A stretch of DNA of 64,000 bases from a virus (IMGVR_UViG_3300034102_002265:12699-76698), one strand, 5' to 3'. Positions 1 to 9,826 are shown, counted from the first letter of the stretch. Numbers and translations are program-made. The notes: a model not told the origin generated them from the sequence alone.

Positions 1-153
1 TTCACGAGAAAGAGTAGTAATGGGATACATTCTACCATTTCTATTTTTAATTTCACCTTGAAGGAATACGCCTTCAATATAAAGTTTCTTATCAGCGCCT
101 TTTCCTTCGCTGATAATTTTTACATTCGTTACTTCTTCGGTAATTAGTTTCAT
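1..153 (-). CDS. gp21: T4-like prohead core scaffold/protease gp21, N-terminal part (runs off the window edge)
   Basis: Read manually: MKLITEEVTNVKIISEGKGADKKLYIEGVFLQGEIKNRNGRMYP. This is the canonical gp21 N-terminus (MKLI.E...LYIEG.FLQ...KNRNGR.YP) and lies downstream of the portal gene. Confidence 0.93.
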   Translation of the reverse strand, partial: MKLITEEVTNVKIISEGKGADKKLYIEGVFLQGEIKNRNGRMYPITTLSRE

Positions 154-158
154 CGTTC

Positions 159-428
159 TTAGTTGGTAAGTCCTACTTTAGCCGCTTTCACAGATGCAGA
201 AGATGCAAAAATTACATCCGTTGATGATTTCTGGAGAAATTCAACAGTGCCATCGGGCATTGTAAATGTACTAGTAGTTGCAGCTCCAACAGAAGTTGAA
301 ATACTAACTGTTGCTGCAGCTCCAGAACCATTGTATAATCTTACGCAAGTTGCTTCACTAATACTTGAAGCTGCACCTGCAGTTGTTGGCATTGCAACTT
401 CTGTTGCAATTATTTTTGTTCTTTGCAT
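159..428 (-). CDS. Small Ala/Ser/Thr-rich hypothetical virion protein
   Basis: 89-aa ORF between gp20 and gp21, preceded by a late promoter at 454-460. Confidence 0.7.
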   Translation of the reverse strand: MQRTKIIATEVAMPTTAGAASSISEATCVRLYNGSGAAATVSISTSVGAATTSTFTMPDGTVEFLQKSSTDVIFASSASVKAAKVGLTN

Positions 429-459
429 CGTTATAATAAAGTTCTATAATAGTTATTTA

Positions 460-666
460 TTATTCTGCATCTTCTTCAGACTCTTCCTCGTAGTTTTCTA
501 CTCCTACTTCCGATTCGACTTCTTCTCCACCAAATAGTGAAGCAGCTACAACTGGTCGAATAATGTCAATATTTTCTGCAGATTTCTGCATCAAAATTTC
601 TTTGATTTTGTCGCTTATATCTGCTGGCGATTGATTAGTCACCATCATATCAATGAGGTCATCCAT
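460..666 (-). CDS. Small acidic prohead core-like protein (gp67/gp68 syntenic position)
   Basis: 68 aa with a Glu-rich C-terminal tail, directly downstream of the portal gene as for T4 gp67. Confidence 0.6.
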   Translation of the reverse strand: MDDLIDMMVTNQSPADISDKIKEILMQKSAENIDIIRPVVAASLFGGEEVESEVGVENYEEESEEDAE

Positions 667-701
667 AGCTTTAAATTCAGTGTTTACTTAAAAATTATTT
701 A

Positions 702-2414
702 TCAGATTCTGCCACCCTTTGGCATTGTGGCTTTTGGAGCTTCTTCAGTTGGCGGCATTTCAACAGATCCAGTTGAAGCTTCTGGATTCATTGGAACTTC
801 TCCCATTGCAGATTGATCAACAGGGGGTTCTTGTCCAACTGGTAGTCCGGTATTTGGATCCATTGGTGGTGGAATGATTCCAGCTGCTTGTTCCGATCCA
901 ATCTGTTCATCGATGTCTACAATTTCCCTATCAGTTTGTTTGAGAATATTTCTCCTCACATAGTCAACTGAGAAATACTTACCAATATAAGGTTCAGCAG
1001 CAACAAGAACGTTTAATCTATTTTGAATAAGTTCCGCTTCTTTAAGTTCAGCAAAATGATTATCATAAACAAAATCAAACTGAATGTGATCTGAAAGAAT
1101 CTTCCAGTCTTCTGGTGTTACTATATTTTTTAAAATAAGTTGAGTTTTCAACATATCCATAAAAAGATGAGAAAATCTTTTTCTCATTCTGCCGACAAAC
1201 TTTGTAAATTTAATTTCATCTCTTAAAATTTCTGAAGATCTTCCGAGATTAAATCCACCACCTCCACCCAAACGTGACTCTGGAACTCCAAGTGCTCTAT
1301 AGAGTTTTTTCTGGAAATATTCAATGTCAGCAAGTTCTCCAAGATTTTGCCCGCCTGGGAGTGTAGTGATCTCAGTTCCCCTACCACCTTCACGACGAGG
1401 CAACCAGAAGTCCTCAAGCATTGACATCATTCTTTTATCATCACGAATCTCCCCAGTATTTGCATCATAAACTAACTTATTACGATACCGAGTCATTACA
1501 TCTCGTAAGTATTGTTCAGCTTTAATCTTTGGGAGGTTGCCTACATCAATGTAGAAAATTCTTCTTTCTGGGGCACGAGATAAACGATAGATAACCAGGG
1601 AATCCTCAATCATTCGTAGTTGATTGAGGGCTTTGATTGCTTTGTGTAGATATGAAAGTACAACCTGTTTATTTCGGTCTACTAAACCAGAGTGTACATA
1701 TGTAATTGAATCTTTAGAAATTCTTGCAGTTCCACCAATTGCGTTCTTAAAGTTGCTAGTTGATTGACCTGCACCAGTTCCTCTGATATTTGGGTCATAC
1801 TCATAAAACTCTTCAACTTCTGGAGTTTCCATATTTCCATTTGCAGCCCTTCCATCAGTGACTGAAAAGGATGGATTCAATACATGTTTACCATTTTTCT
1901 TAATTTTCCTCACCAGTTTAATTTTCATGGGATCAATATATCTTATTTCTTTGATCCCTTCTTCTGGTTTCTGTAAATCAATGACTTTATGATAATACAC
2001 TCTACCATCAACATACCAATTCCTTAAAATTTCATGACATCTTTTATCGAAGTCTAAAATTTCTTTGATATACTTAAACTCATCTCTGATAATTGATTTC
2101 AACTTATCTGAAGCCGGAACATTTTGCAAATCAATTTGAACAGGAGAATCATTTTGATCAGATACGATTGCTTCATTGATAATATCTTCGATGGCTCCAT
2201 CAACCTCTGGGTGAATAGCCATCTCACGATATCTTTTAATTAGATCATATTCGGATTTATATACACCTTCAATATCAACATATTGTCCATAAAATCCACT
2301 AGACACATAAAAGTCCGAAGAATCTTCTTGATTCTCCGGAACAGGAGAGACGATAGATTTTTTTGATCTATCGTCCTCCGAATCTTGGATTTTAAAACCA
2401 AATAATTTAGGCAT
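702..2414 (-). CDS. gp20: Portal vertex protein gp20
   Basis: Motifs YLHKAIKALNQLRMIEDSLVIYRLSRAPERRIFYIDVGNLPK, EDFWLPRREGGRGTEITTLPGGQNLGE and ILRDEIKF. Confidence 0.98.
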   Translation of the reverse strand: MPKLFGFKIQDSEDDRSKKSIVSPVPENQEDSSDFYVSSGFYGQYVDIEGVYKSEYDLIKRYREMAIHPEVDGAIEDIINEAIVSDQNDSPVQIDLQNVPASDKLKSIIRDEFKYIKEILDFDKRCHEILRNWYVDGRVYYHKVIDLQKPEEGIKEIRYIDPMKIKLVRKIKKNGKHVLNPSFSVTDGRAANGNMETPEVEEFYEYDPNIRGTGAGQSTSNFKNAIGGTARISKDSITYVHSGLVDRNKQVVLSYLHKAIKALNQLRMIEDSLVIYRLSRAPERRIFYIDVGNLPKIKAEQYLRDVMTRYRNKLVYDANTGEIRDDKRMMSMLEDFWLPRREGGRGTEITTLPGGQNLGELADIEYFQKKLYRALGVPESRLGGGGGFNLGRSSEILRDEIKFTKFVGRMRKRFSHLFMDMLKTQLILKNIVTPEDWKILSDHIQFDFVYDNHFAELKEAELIQNRLNVLVAAEPYIGKYFSVDYVRRNILKQTDREIVDIDEQIGSEQAAGIIPPPMDPNTGLPVGQEPPVDQSAMGEVPMNPEASTGSVEMPPTEEAPKATMPKGGRI

Positions 2415-2440
2415 TATTCAAATATTAACTCTATTTGTAC

Positions 2441-2448
2441 TATTTATA
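2441..2448 (-). promoter_or_regulatory. T4-type late promoter TATAAATA (upstream of gp20)
   Basis: Exact consensus, overlapping the gp19 stop codon. Confidence 0.8.
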
Positions 2449-3136
2449 GAGGGTTCAGAACTTGGGGATCAGTACCCAATTGTGTTGTACCAGTAGAATC
2501 CAGTGCATCCCACCACTGTACCTGTAGATCTACGGTAAATTCTTCAATGGAATCTGAAGAATCATAGGATAGATCAATAGCACTAACCGCAGTTGGGAAT
2601 ATTCCATAAAACTTATATGCTTTTAAAACTGGAATTGCATCCCCAGCTCTAGCGGTAACAGGAGAAATAACATTAGATTGAGCGGATGAAACTGAAGTTC
2701 TACCAAATTGTTTTACAATAGCGTCTCTCTGATATTGAGCTGGATTAATCAATCCAGTGTTATCATCGTGTTTGTTAATCGCATTCATCCACTTTTCAAA
2801 AGCTGTTCTGATTGAAAAATCAACATCGTTAATGATTGTGATTGTCCAAACATCGAAAGTTCTATCTCCTGCAATTTTTAAAGTTCTTCCTCTAAAAGGA
2901 ACTTCAATAACACCAACATTTGATGCAGGTAGATTTGCGGATTTAATCATAAATCTAGAAAGCTCACTTACAGTTCTAGTTTGATCTGTATTTGCATTTG
3001 TATTTGCTTCAGTTGCAAATGATGGGAAATTTAACTCAACTTCGAAAAGATTTGGACGAGCTGCTCCACCAATTAACCTTGCTTTAAAGTCTTCTAAAGT
3101 TCTGGAGCCGAAACTTGGGGTATTTGAAAATGCCAT
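2444..3136 (-). CDS. gp19: Tail tube protein gp19
   Basis: GGAARPNLFEV, VPFRGRTLKIAGDRTFDVWTITIIND and IEEFTVDLQVQWW; located between gp18 and gp20. Confidence 0.96.
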   Translation of the reverse strand: MAFSNTPSFGSRTLEDFKARLIGGAARPNLFEVELNFPSFATEANTNANTDQTRTVSELSRFMIKSANLPASNVGVIEVPFRGRTLKIAGDRTFDVWTITIINDVDFSIRTAFEKWMNAINKHDDNTGLINPAQYQRDAIVKQFGRTSVSSAQSNVISPVTARAGDAIPVLKAYKFYGIFPTAVSAIDLSYDSSDSIEEFTVDLQVQWWDALDSTGTTQLGTDPQVLNPL

Positions 3137-3171
3137 TTTTTTACCTCTGTAGGGATTGATGTTTTAAAAAA

Positions 3172-5571
3172 TTAAACGGTTCCAACAACCTCTTCAAAAC
3201 TAATACCAGTTCTGTTAGCGACAAAAGTAAGACCAATAAAGTTAATTGATCTTGCAGGTTTGATGAAAATGTCAGCCCTAAATTGATTTGCGTCAATTAC
3301 ATCTGGAGTATTGTTTGATTCATCACAAACAACTAGGAAGTCTGTAATTCCTCTCTTTGACTTAACATCACGAAGATATGGTTCAACAATGTTTACAAAA
3401 TTTGTTCTGGTGATAACATCATTGAACTCAAAGAGTTGAGCTCTTGCAGCTCTAGAGATCGTATCCTCAACCGTCAAGAACAAACGACGAACATTGATTC
3501 TATCAAAAGCACTAGCGTTAGATAGTCCAGTCTTATCACCGAAAAGAATTATTCCAGCGCCTGGTGAGAATACTACAGGGTTGATTCTCTTAGGATATAG
3601 TAAATCTCTTTGTGCTTGGGATGGATTGAAAGCGAGTTTAATCGCGTTATTAATAACACCTCTTGAAGATCCAGCAGGGGAGAACCAAGGGTAGTTATTA
3701 ATAGATGTTCTTGCCATTAATCCAGCCACATCACCATTCAATGGAACGTATCTAAACTCATTATTAAATCTATCATACATGTACTTGTATCCAGTATCAA
3801 ATACTGCATATGATGAAGAACTTATAGCATCAAAGAATTTAATGACGTTATCTGTTTGTAAATCACTATTTGTTACATTGACAACTCCAGACTTTCTTGC
3901 AGAAATACATGCAATGCAGTCTTTTCTATTTTCAGCAATATCAATCAATCTATTTGCTTTTGCTTGGGCATCGAATAAACTATCTCCACTATCAGGACCT
4001 GCAATTAGGAAATTAATATCATATTCTACGGGATTTCTGAAGACTTCATATGAAGTTAGAATATCACCCAACGTGGCTGCCATTCCTCCACTAGCGGAAG
4101 AATAATCGTATCCATTTGATAATGAATATGATTTATTTCCATAACATCCAAAATTAACTCCAGAAGCTTGTTGGCCAGAAGCTATTGTTCCACCACTAGC
4201 TTGGAGATAACCATTAATTGTAGTAAACTTAACTCCAGTAACTGAATCGCTAGAACCAGCAAAAACGTATGAAGATACATTAGAGAGGTAATTCTTTATG
4301 TAAATATTTTCAGAAGGAGAAATCTTCCCGTCAGTAGCTTTTGATAGATTAGTATATTTTTCTAGAATATTACCAGATGTACCAGTTATTGAACCACTTT
4401 CATCTACAACAACAACGTGAATTTCATCGTTTTTTCCACCTCTTTCCTTAGAATATTGAGATGTTCCTGGTTTTGGTGCAATAGATTTCCAGTAAACGGT
4501 AGAATTTGATAATCCTAAAGTCTGTTGATCATACCAATCAACAGAAACATTAGTGGAATTGAGGAATAATCCTTCACCATATCCCAATGTCCCATCAGTA
4601 ACATTTCTTGTATATCTTACTACCAAAGTAGTTGATGCATATGATACTGGAGATGCAGAGTCAATTAAAATTGTGCCTGTACTAATAGCGACAACTCTCG
4701 CGGATAAAGCTCCATTTTCACTTTGAATTAAATCCCCAACATTAACCAATCCTTCAGGAATGAGAGTTGGTGGATATGTAATTGTTGTGGATCCAATCCC
4801 AATAGTTGTATTACCTGGGAATCTAAACTTTTCTATTGAAGTAGCAGTTCCAACATTATTAAAAATTTGATAATAGTTTCCAGGACCATCTGGGAATCTG
4901 TTTAGTCCGGATGCTGTATAAGAAATTTCTGTAGCAAGTCCAGTAAAGTTATTGTGAAGACTTACGACCTTAACATCAATGCTACCTACGTTTACTCTAG
5001 TAATAATTCCTTTGACATAACCATCAAAAGTTTCAACAGTTCCAGCAGAAGTAGCATAACTGGTTCCGATTGAACAAGTAATAGCAAATCCTGCAGAAAC
5101 ACCAAAAGTTCCAATAGCTATTCTCTGATCCGCTAAAGCATCAATAACACAAACTTTTAGTCCATTAGCCCAAGATCCTGGATTTTTAGCTGCGAAAATC
5201 CAATCACTATCTGTGGCATGATTATTAATAAAATCTTCTTGACTGGCAATCTTTAGATTAACAGAAGTGGATACAGGATAATTTGCATTCAGTAAATTAT
5301 CAGAATCCGTTCTAACTACCCGTAAAGTTCCTCCATATGAAAGATACGATGAAGCAGTTAACCAGTATTCAAACTGACTATCTGAATTTGATGGCTTACC
5401 GAAGGTGTTTAATAAATCTTGTTCGGTATCAATGAGAACTGGTTCGCCTACTGGACCCTTCACAAAAGGACCAGCAAAAGCACCTACTTGATCGTTTACT
5501 GCATCAATTCTACCTACAGTAAGATCAATTTCTCGAACTTTTATGCCAGGTGATACTAAGTTTAGCGACAT
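3172..5571 (-). CDS. gp18: Contractile tail sheath protein gp18
   Basis: LVSPGIKVREIDLT N-terminus, PWFSPAG, FDRINVRRLF and FIKPARSINFI. The likely start is ATG at 5571, after an AGAGGG RBS, rather than the track's 5595. Confidence 0.97.
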   Translation of the reverse strand: MSLNLVSPGIKVREIDLTVGRIDAVNDQVGAFAGPFVKGPVGEPVLIDTEQDLLNTFGKPSNSDSQFEYWLTASSYLSYGGTLRVVRTDSDNLLNANYPVSTSVNLKIASQEDFINNHATDSDWIFAAKNPGSWANGLKVCVIDALADQRIAIGTFGVSAGFAITCSIGTSYATSAGTVETFDGYVKGIITRVNVGSIDVKVVSLHNNFTGLATEISYTASGLNRFPDGPGNYYQIFNNVGTATSIEKFRFPGNTTIGIGSTTITYPPTLIPEGLVNVGDLIQSENGALSARVVAISTGTILIDSASPVSYASTTLVVRYTRNVTDGTLGYGEGLFLNSTNVSVDWYDQQTLGLSNSTVYWKSIAPKPGTSQYSKERGGKNDEIHVVVVDESGSITGTSGNILEKYTNLSKATDGKISPSENIYIKNYLSNVSSYVFAGSSDSVTGVKFTTINGYLQASGGTIASGQQASGVNFGCYGNKSYSLSNGYDYSSASGGMAATLGDILTSYEVFRNPVEYDINFLIAGPDSGDSLFDAQAKANRLIDIAENRKDCIACISARKSGVVNVTNSDLQTDNVIKFFDAISSSSYAVFDTGYKYMYDRFNNEFRYVPLNGDVAGLMARTSINNYPWFSPAGSSRGVINNAIKLAFNPSQAQRDLLYPKRINPVVFSPGAGIILFGDKTGLSNASAFDRINVRRLFLTVEDTISRAARAQLFEFNDVITRTNFVNIVEPYLRDVKSKRGITDFLVVCDESNNTPDVIDANQFRADIFIKPARSINFIGLTFVANRTGISFEEVVGTV

Positions 5572-5607
5572 GTCTTTCCCTCTGAAGAAGTTCAACTTAA
5601 CTACAAA

Positions 5608-5614
5608 TATTTAT
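5608..5614 (-). promoter_or_regulatory. Late promoter ATAAATA (upstream of gp18)
   Basis: Intergenic, about 35 nt upstream of the gp18 start. Confidence 0.7.
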
Positions 5615-5653
5615 TATTTGCTAACTTTATATTGGGGAAATCGCCAATGAACA

Positions 5654-5887
5654 CTACCAATCGGGATATTGCCAGTATAAATTGGTTGACTTTTGTTTTC
5701 TATTACTAATAATTCTATGTTTAGTACACTCTTTGCATTCATATGAATACGCAGAAGGCAAGTGACCTCTATCACTACGAGTCAAATAAAATCCATCTAT
5801 AAGATCTTTAATTTCCCCACAAACTCTACATTTCCTTTCAGTTAAAAATAAATGTTCTAATTCAAATTGATCATCAATATCCATCAT
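5654..5887 (-). CDS. Small zinc-ribbon protein (CxxC...CxxC)
   Basis: CRVCGEIKDLIDGFY...YSYECKEC. The ATG at 5887 overlaps the gp17 stop (ATGA). Confidence 0.7.
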   Translation of the reverse strand: MMDIDDQFELEHLFLTERKCRVCGEIKDLIDGFYLTRSDRGHLPSAYSYECKECTKHRIISNRKQKSTNLYWQYPDW

Positions 5888-7539
5888 TGGTAATCCCACA
5901 TAAAGGATCTATCGCCATACTCATCAATATGCCAACGATCTCCATCCCCGTCTACAAAACTTTCTCCACCATCCAATCCATCAGAAATAAAACCAAAAGG
6001 AGCCATATCTTGTTCAATTTGATTTTTCTGTTCATCATATAATCTTTTACGAACATCATTGTCCGTCATTTCTTTAAAGTATGGTTGAGCAATTAACCAT
6101 GCAAAAATTACCAGACACATTGCAAGGTCATCATTACAACCATCTTCAGCTTCGAAGGAATTTGACTTTTGAATAAATGTTGTGAGTTCACTGATAGTAT
6201 CGTAATCCTTAATAATAAGTTTGTCACCTTCAATCAATGTCTTGAGATTCATGCATCCAATCTTTTTGACATTTTTAGACATCTTAACTCCCATCTGAGA
6301 TTTCTTTCCAGAAAATCCCTGACCAACTAGTTGTCCTGCACGACCTCTCATGGTACACATGAGAACATTGTCATATTCCAAGTCCATGTGGAGAATCTGA
6401 CCCACTTGTTCACCGATATCATTAACTTCTACAAGAATGTATGCTTTGTTATATGCAACTGCAAGATCTTTAATGATGCTGGGAAACAACATTGGTTTGA
6501 TTTGGTTGTCCCTATATTTTGCTACAAGACGATATGGAAATGCTGTTGTATCACAAATGGTGAATGCAGAGTAATCTTTTTCCACACCACGAGCTACATC
6601 CACTGTTAGAACATAATTGTGATCTTTCTGTGGTTCTTCAAAAATGTCCAAACCTGCGTTGGATTTAATTGGATCATCATATACTAAGGATCTGAGTTTT
6701 GATGCAGATACAAGAGTATCAACAGATCCTAGGAATTCACATTCAAACTCAACCTTAAACTGTTGTTCGGATGTGTTTGCAATAGTCTGGGCTTTCCACT
6801 TATCGTCCCTGCCAGGGACTTCTGACCAATGAACGTCCGTGGGTATATATTCATTCTTACCCCGTTCGGCGTCATGCCAAATGCGGTAGAAGTGGTTCAT
6901 ACCCTTTGGGGTGGAAACAATCAGGACTTTTGTACTTTGACCTGACGAAATAGTAGGATAAACAGAGGCAAAGAATTCATCAGCAATGTGATTTGGGATG
7001 AACGCGAATTCATCCAAAAAGATGACATTATATGATCCGCCTCGGACAGCAGATGCAGAAGTAGACGCTGCGATAATTTTGGAACCATTTTCTAGTTCTA
7101 ACGATCTTTTATTCCATGATACAATACCTTGTTGCATCCACTTTGGTAGTTTCTCATATGCAAATTGTAATCTACTGAGTAGATCTTGTGCAGTAGATGC
7201 TTTGTTGGCTAGAATAGCTATGTTGACATTATCATTAAAGACCGCATAATGTAACAAATATGAAACACAAGTTGTAGATTTGCCTGTCTGTCGAGGCATT
7301 CTACAAATATTGAATCTATTCTCATGGAAATTAGTGATTAATTTCTCTTGGAAAGGATACATTTTAAAGGGTATCTCACCATAATCAAGAGAAACAATCT
7401 TGATATAATTTTTAGCAAAATATACAGGATCATTCTTGCATTTAACAAATTCAAGAACTTGTTCCTGTGTAAATTCTACGGCTACATTAGCCTTCTTGAG
7501 GTTTGGGTTCCCCAAATAAACTTGATCAGACATAATCAT
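5884..7539 (-). CDS. gp17: Terminase large subunit gp17
   Basis: YLGNPNLK N-terminus, Walker A PRQTGKSTT, Walker B IFLDEFAF, VSTPKGMNHFY, and nuclease motifs DVARG and DDLAMCL. The reading frame is uninterrupted. Confidence 0.98.
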   Translation of the reverse strand: MIMSDQVYLGNPNLKKANVAVEFTQEQVLEFVKCKNDPVYFAKNYIKIVSLDYGEIPFKMYPFQEKLITNFHENRFNICRMPRQTGKSTTCVSYLLHYAVFNDNVNIAILANKASTAQDLLSRLQFAYEKLPKWMQQGIVSWNKRSLELENGSKIIAASTSASAVRGGSYNVIFLDEFAFIPNHIADEFFASVYPTISSGQSTKVLIVSTPKGMNHFYRIWHDAERGKNEYIPTDVHWSEVPGRDDKWKAQTIANTSEQQFKVEFECEFLGSVDTLVSASKLRSLVYDDPIKSNAGLDIFEEPQKDHNYVLTVDVARGVEKDYSAFTICDTTAFPYRLVAKYRDNQIKPMLFPSIIKDLAVAYNKAYILVEVNDIGEQVGQILHMDLEYDNVLMCTMRGRAGQLVGQGFSGKKSQMGVKMSKNVKKIGCMNLKTLIEGDKLIIKDYDTISELTTFIQKSNSFEAEDGCNDDLAMCLVIFAWLIAQPYFKEMTDNDVRKRLYDEQKNQIEQDMAPFGFISDGLDGGESFVDGDGDRWHIDEYGDRSFMWDYQ

Positions 7540-7543
7540 AAAA

Positions 7544-7720
7544 TTATAATTTCGCTAAACTTGATACGATCTCTTGTTGTTTGAGATAAAGTTTAAAATA
7601 AGCTTTTGCAAACTCTATTGCTTCTTCTCTATCCAATTTATCTATAACCCTTGACTGTTGTTCATAAACTAACATCTTATTAATATCCGAAAGTTCAATA
7701 TCAGAAGGGTCAATGTTCAT
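7544..7720 (-). CDS. NblA-like phycobilisome degradation protein (58 aa, absent from the ORF track)
   Basis: Read manually: MNIDPSDIELSDINKMLVYEQQSRVIDKLDREEAIEFAKAYFKLYLKQQEIVSSLAKL. It fills the gap between neighbouring genes. Size and helix-loop-helix pattern (IELS...E...I.KLDREEA.EF....K.YL.Q......L) resemble NblA (IELSLEQQF......V..MSREQAQEFL..LY.Q). Confidence 0.6.
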   Translation of the reverse strand: MNIDPSDIELSDINKMLVYEQQSRVIDKLDREEAIEFAKAYFKLYLKQQEIVSSLAKL

Positions 7721-7721
7721 T

Positions 7722-9371
7722 TTACTTACCTTGAATAACTACAATTGGTTTAGATGGATCGGTAGGACTTGGATACCACTGCAGTATAACTGCGCCTGGG
7801 TAAAACTTTTCAATTTCCGTTTTTACTTCATCTTTAGAGGGTCTCTTCATATTTGGGAAGAAGAGTTGAAGATTCATCATTGGTCTACCTCTCCAAGAGA
7901 AAAGTATAGTATAAACATTACCAGTAGATTGTATCCGTTGATAATCCTCGTTTGTCAATTGTCCAGGTTGGATGACTGAATCTGCAAGAGGAAGTGAGGG
8001 TCCACTCAGTTTCCTGAGGGCAGCAGACTTTTCATTAGGATTATTAGTTCCTGTTGCAAGATTTCTAATCTTTGCTTGTTTCTGCGCCTGTTTATGTCCA
8101 GAACCAATTTCAAAACTCATTCCTTCATTCGCAGGATGAACTTTTGCAATACTATATGGTTGTTCTGGTGATAATGATGCAGGAAGTGAGAACATTTTCC
8201 AATATCCCTCACCATATCTACACTCCTTCATCGTCTCATTCTTTTTGCACTTAGGACAATATCTTTGAACTTCGCCCATTTCTTGAAGTTCAAAAGATTC
8301 TTTTTTAGTTTTATTACCCCAGTTCTTTGCGCCAACTTTACGACATTTAACCAGAGCACCCGATGCATATGCAGAAGGCCAAACCTTGTAACGGGATTTT
8401 ACCTTTGAATAACATGCATCTTTTTCTTCAGTCGCAACCATTTTAGCCTTACCCTTTCTGTCAGGATTTGGATCTTCTTGGTTCTTACGACGGAATGCAC
8501 TTTCCTCTTCCTTATCGGAGAGGTCTGCCTTCATTTTACTTGAACCACACTTTGGTTTGGTTGTTTGTCCAGGTTGTTTTGCACAGGGTTTTCCTGCGTA
8601 TTTACCACCCAATTGAACCCAACCAGGGGTGCCATCAGAAGAGCGACTCTTAGTAAACCAGTCACGCAAAGAATCATCACCACTCTTGTTCCCTTCATCA
8701 ATAGAATCCTCCTTCACGCAATTGGGAACTATCTTTTCACCCTTCTTTTTCATTCCAACTCGTTTGTACCCATCCCAACACTTTTCTGATACTGGTTGAG
8801 TAAAACTCTTAAACTTATAATCACTACCTTTAATAATATCAACAACATGTGCAAAAGTATTGCCATTTGCATCATGAATTTCTGTCCATTCTTCCTTCAC
8901 TTTCTCCATCTTTTTGAGTTTAGAGTAGTAATTAGGAATCTCATCTAAATGTTGCAATGCAATATCCATTGCTTCATCATTATCTGTAGTATGTTCATGT
9001 TCAACTTTCATCCCCATCTCAAGTTGTTTTTGGATAGTTGATGGAGACACATTATGCTTTTTTGCGATTTCTTCTATCGACTTATGACCTTTGAATCCTT
9101 CTCTAACTTCTTTCTTTCTTTCCGTGTCATCTTCTCCATGAGAAAGATGATCAGATACAGTATCAAGATACTCTGCAGCTTTTGTGATCTTTGACTGTAC
9201 CCATGCCTCAAGATCTCCTTCACCTTTGAGTTTGGTCATTAATCTGGTGATAGCTGCTTGTGCAGTTTTAAGTTCTCCACGAGCCATGGAAAACTCAAAA
9301 TCTTCACCAAGAGGTGCGATTGATTCTAGGTCTGCAAGAATAGACCATTCCTTAAAGGTAAGTTTATCCAT
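7722..9371 (-). CDS. Modular charged protein, putative internal head (poly)protein
   Basis: 549 aa made of short modules I recognise from cyanophage hypothetical proteins (EAWVQSKITKA, EHEHT...IALQHLDEIPNYYSKL, KCWDGYKRVGMKKKG...VPNCV, DACYSKVKSRYKVWPSAYASG). A late promoter lies at 9396-9402. Confidence 0.65.
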   Translation of the reverse strand: MDKLTFKEWSILADLESIAPLGEDFEFSMARGELKTAQAAITRLMTKLKGEGDLEAWVQSKITKAAEYLDTVSDHLSHGEDDTERKKEVREGFKGHKSIEEIAKKHNVSPSTIQKQLEMGMKVEHEHTTDNDEAMDIALQHLDEIPNYYSKLKKMEKVKEEWTEIHDANGNTFAHVVDIIKGSDYKFKSFTQPVSEKCWDGYKRVGMKKKGEKIVPNCVKEDSIDEGNKSGDDSLRDWFTKSRSSDGTPGWVQLGGKYAGKPCAKQPGQTTKPKCGSSKMKADLSDKEEESAFRRKNQEDPNPDRKGKAKMVATEEKDACYSKVKSRYKVWPSAYASGALVKCRKVGAKNWGNKTKKESFELQEMGEVQRYCPKCKKNETMKECRYGEGYWKMFSLPASLSPEQPYSIAKVHPANEGMSFEIGSGHKQAQKQAKIRNLATGTNNPNEKSAALRKLSGPSLPLADSVIQPGQLTNEDYQRIQSTGNVYTILFSWRGRPMMNLQLFFPNMKRPSKDEVKTEIEKFYPGAVILQWYPSPTDPSKPIVVIQGK

Positions 9372-9394
9372 TTATCTTTATAAGTTTCCTATTT

Positions 9395-9826
9395 TTATTT
9401 AGATGTATCTGGATTCATGGAACTCTTCAAGAACTTTTGGAGTTCTGCAGTGGATCCTAAGAATACTGCATTATTAGTGACATTAGTTGGTACAGATCCC
9501 TTTTGTTCTTGATTGATATCTTTCATCTTCTTTTGGAGATCAAGAAGTTTGTCGGTAACATCTCCAACGTTTTTGATAAGTTGACCAGCAACCTCATATG
9601 CTCTTGGGGAATCGGATTCTTGTGCAAGTTCTAAAATACCATTAATTGCTTCTTGGCCCTTTTCAATAATAGAATAGAGTTGTCCCCTAGAATACTCATA
9701 ATCTTTTTGAAGTTGATCTGCAGATCCTTCAATTTTTTTTATTTCTAAAGATGATGTCTTAACAATCTCTGATTTAATTTCTGTCGGTTCAATATCTAAA
9801 GCTTTATCAATATCTTCAAAGTTCAT
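9395..9826 (-). CDS. gp16: Terminase small subunit gp16
   Basis: DYEYSRGQLY, SPRAYEVAGQLIK and NNAVFLGSTAELQKFL. Confidence 0.95.
   Translation of the reverse strand: MNFEDIDKALDIEPTEIKSEIVKTSSLEIKKIEGSADQLQKDYEYSRGQLYSIIEKGQEAINGILELAQESDSPRAYEVAGQLIKNVGDVTDKLLDLQKKMKDINQEQKGSVPTNVTNNAVFLGSTAELQKFLKSSMNPDTSK

Noticed and set aside
702-7539. Introns or inteins in the portal, sheath or terminase genes
   Set aside because: The reading frames are continuous, lengths are ordinary for T4-like cyanophages, and no intein splice or LAGLIDADG motifs were seen.
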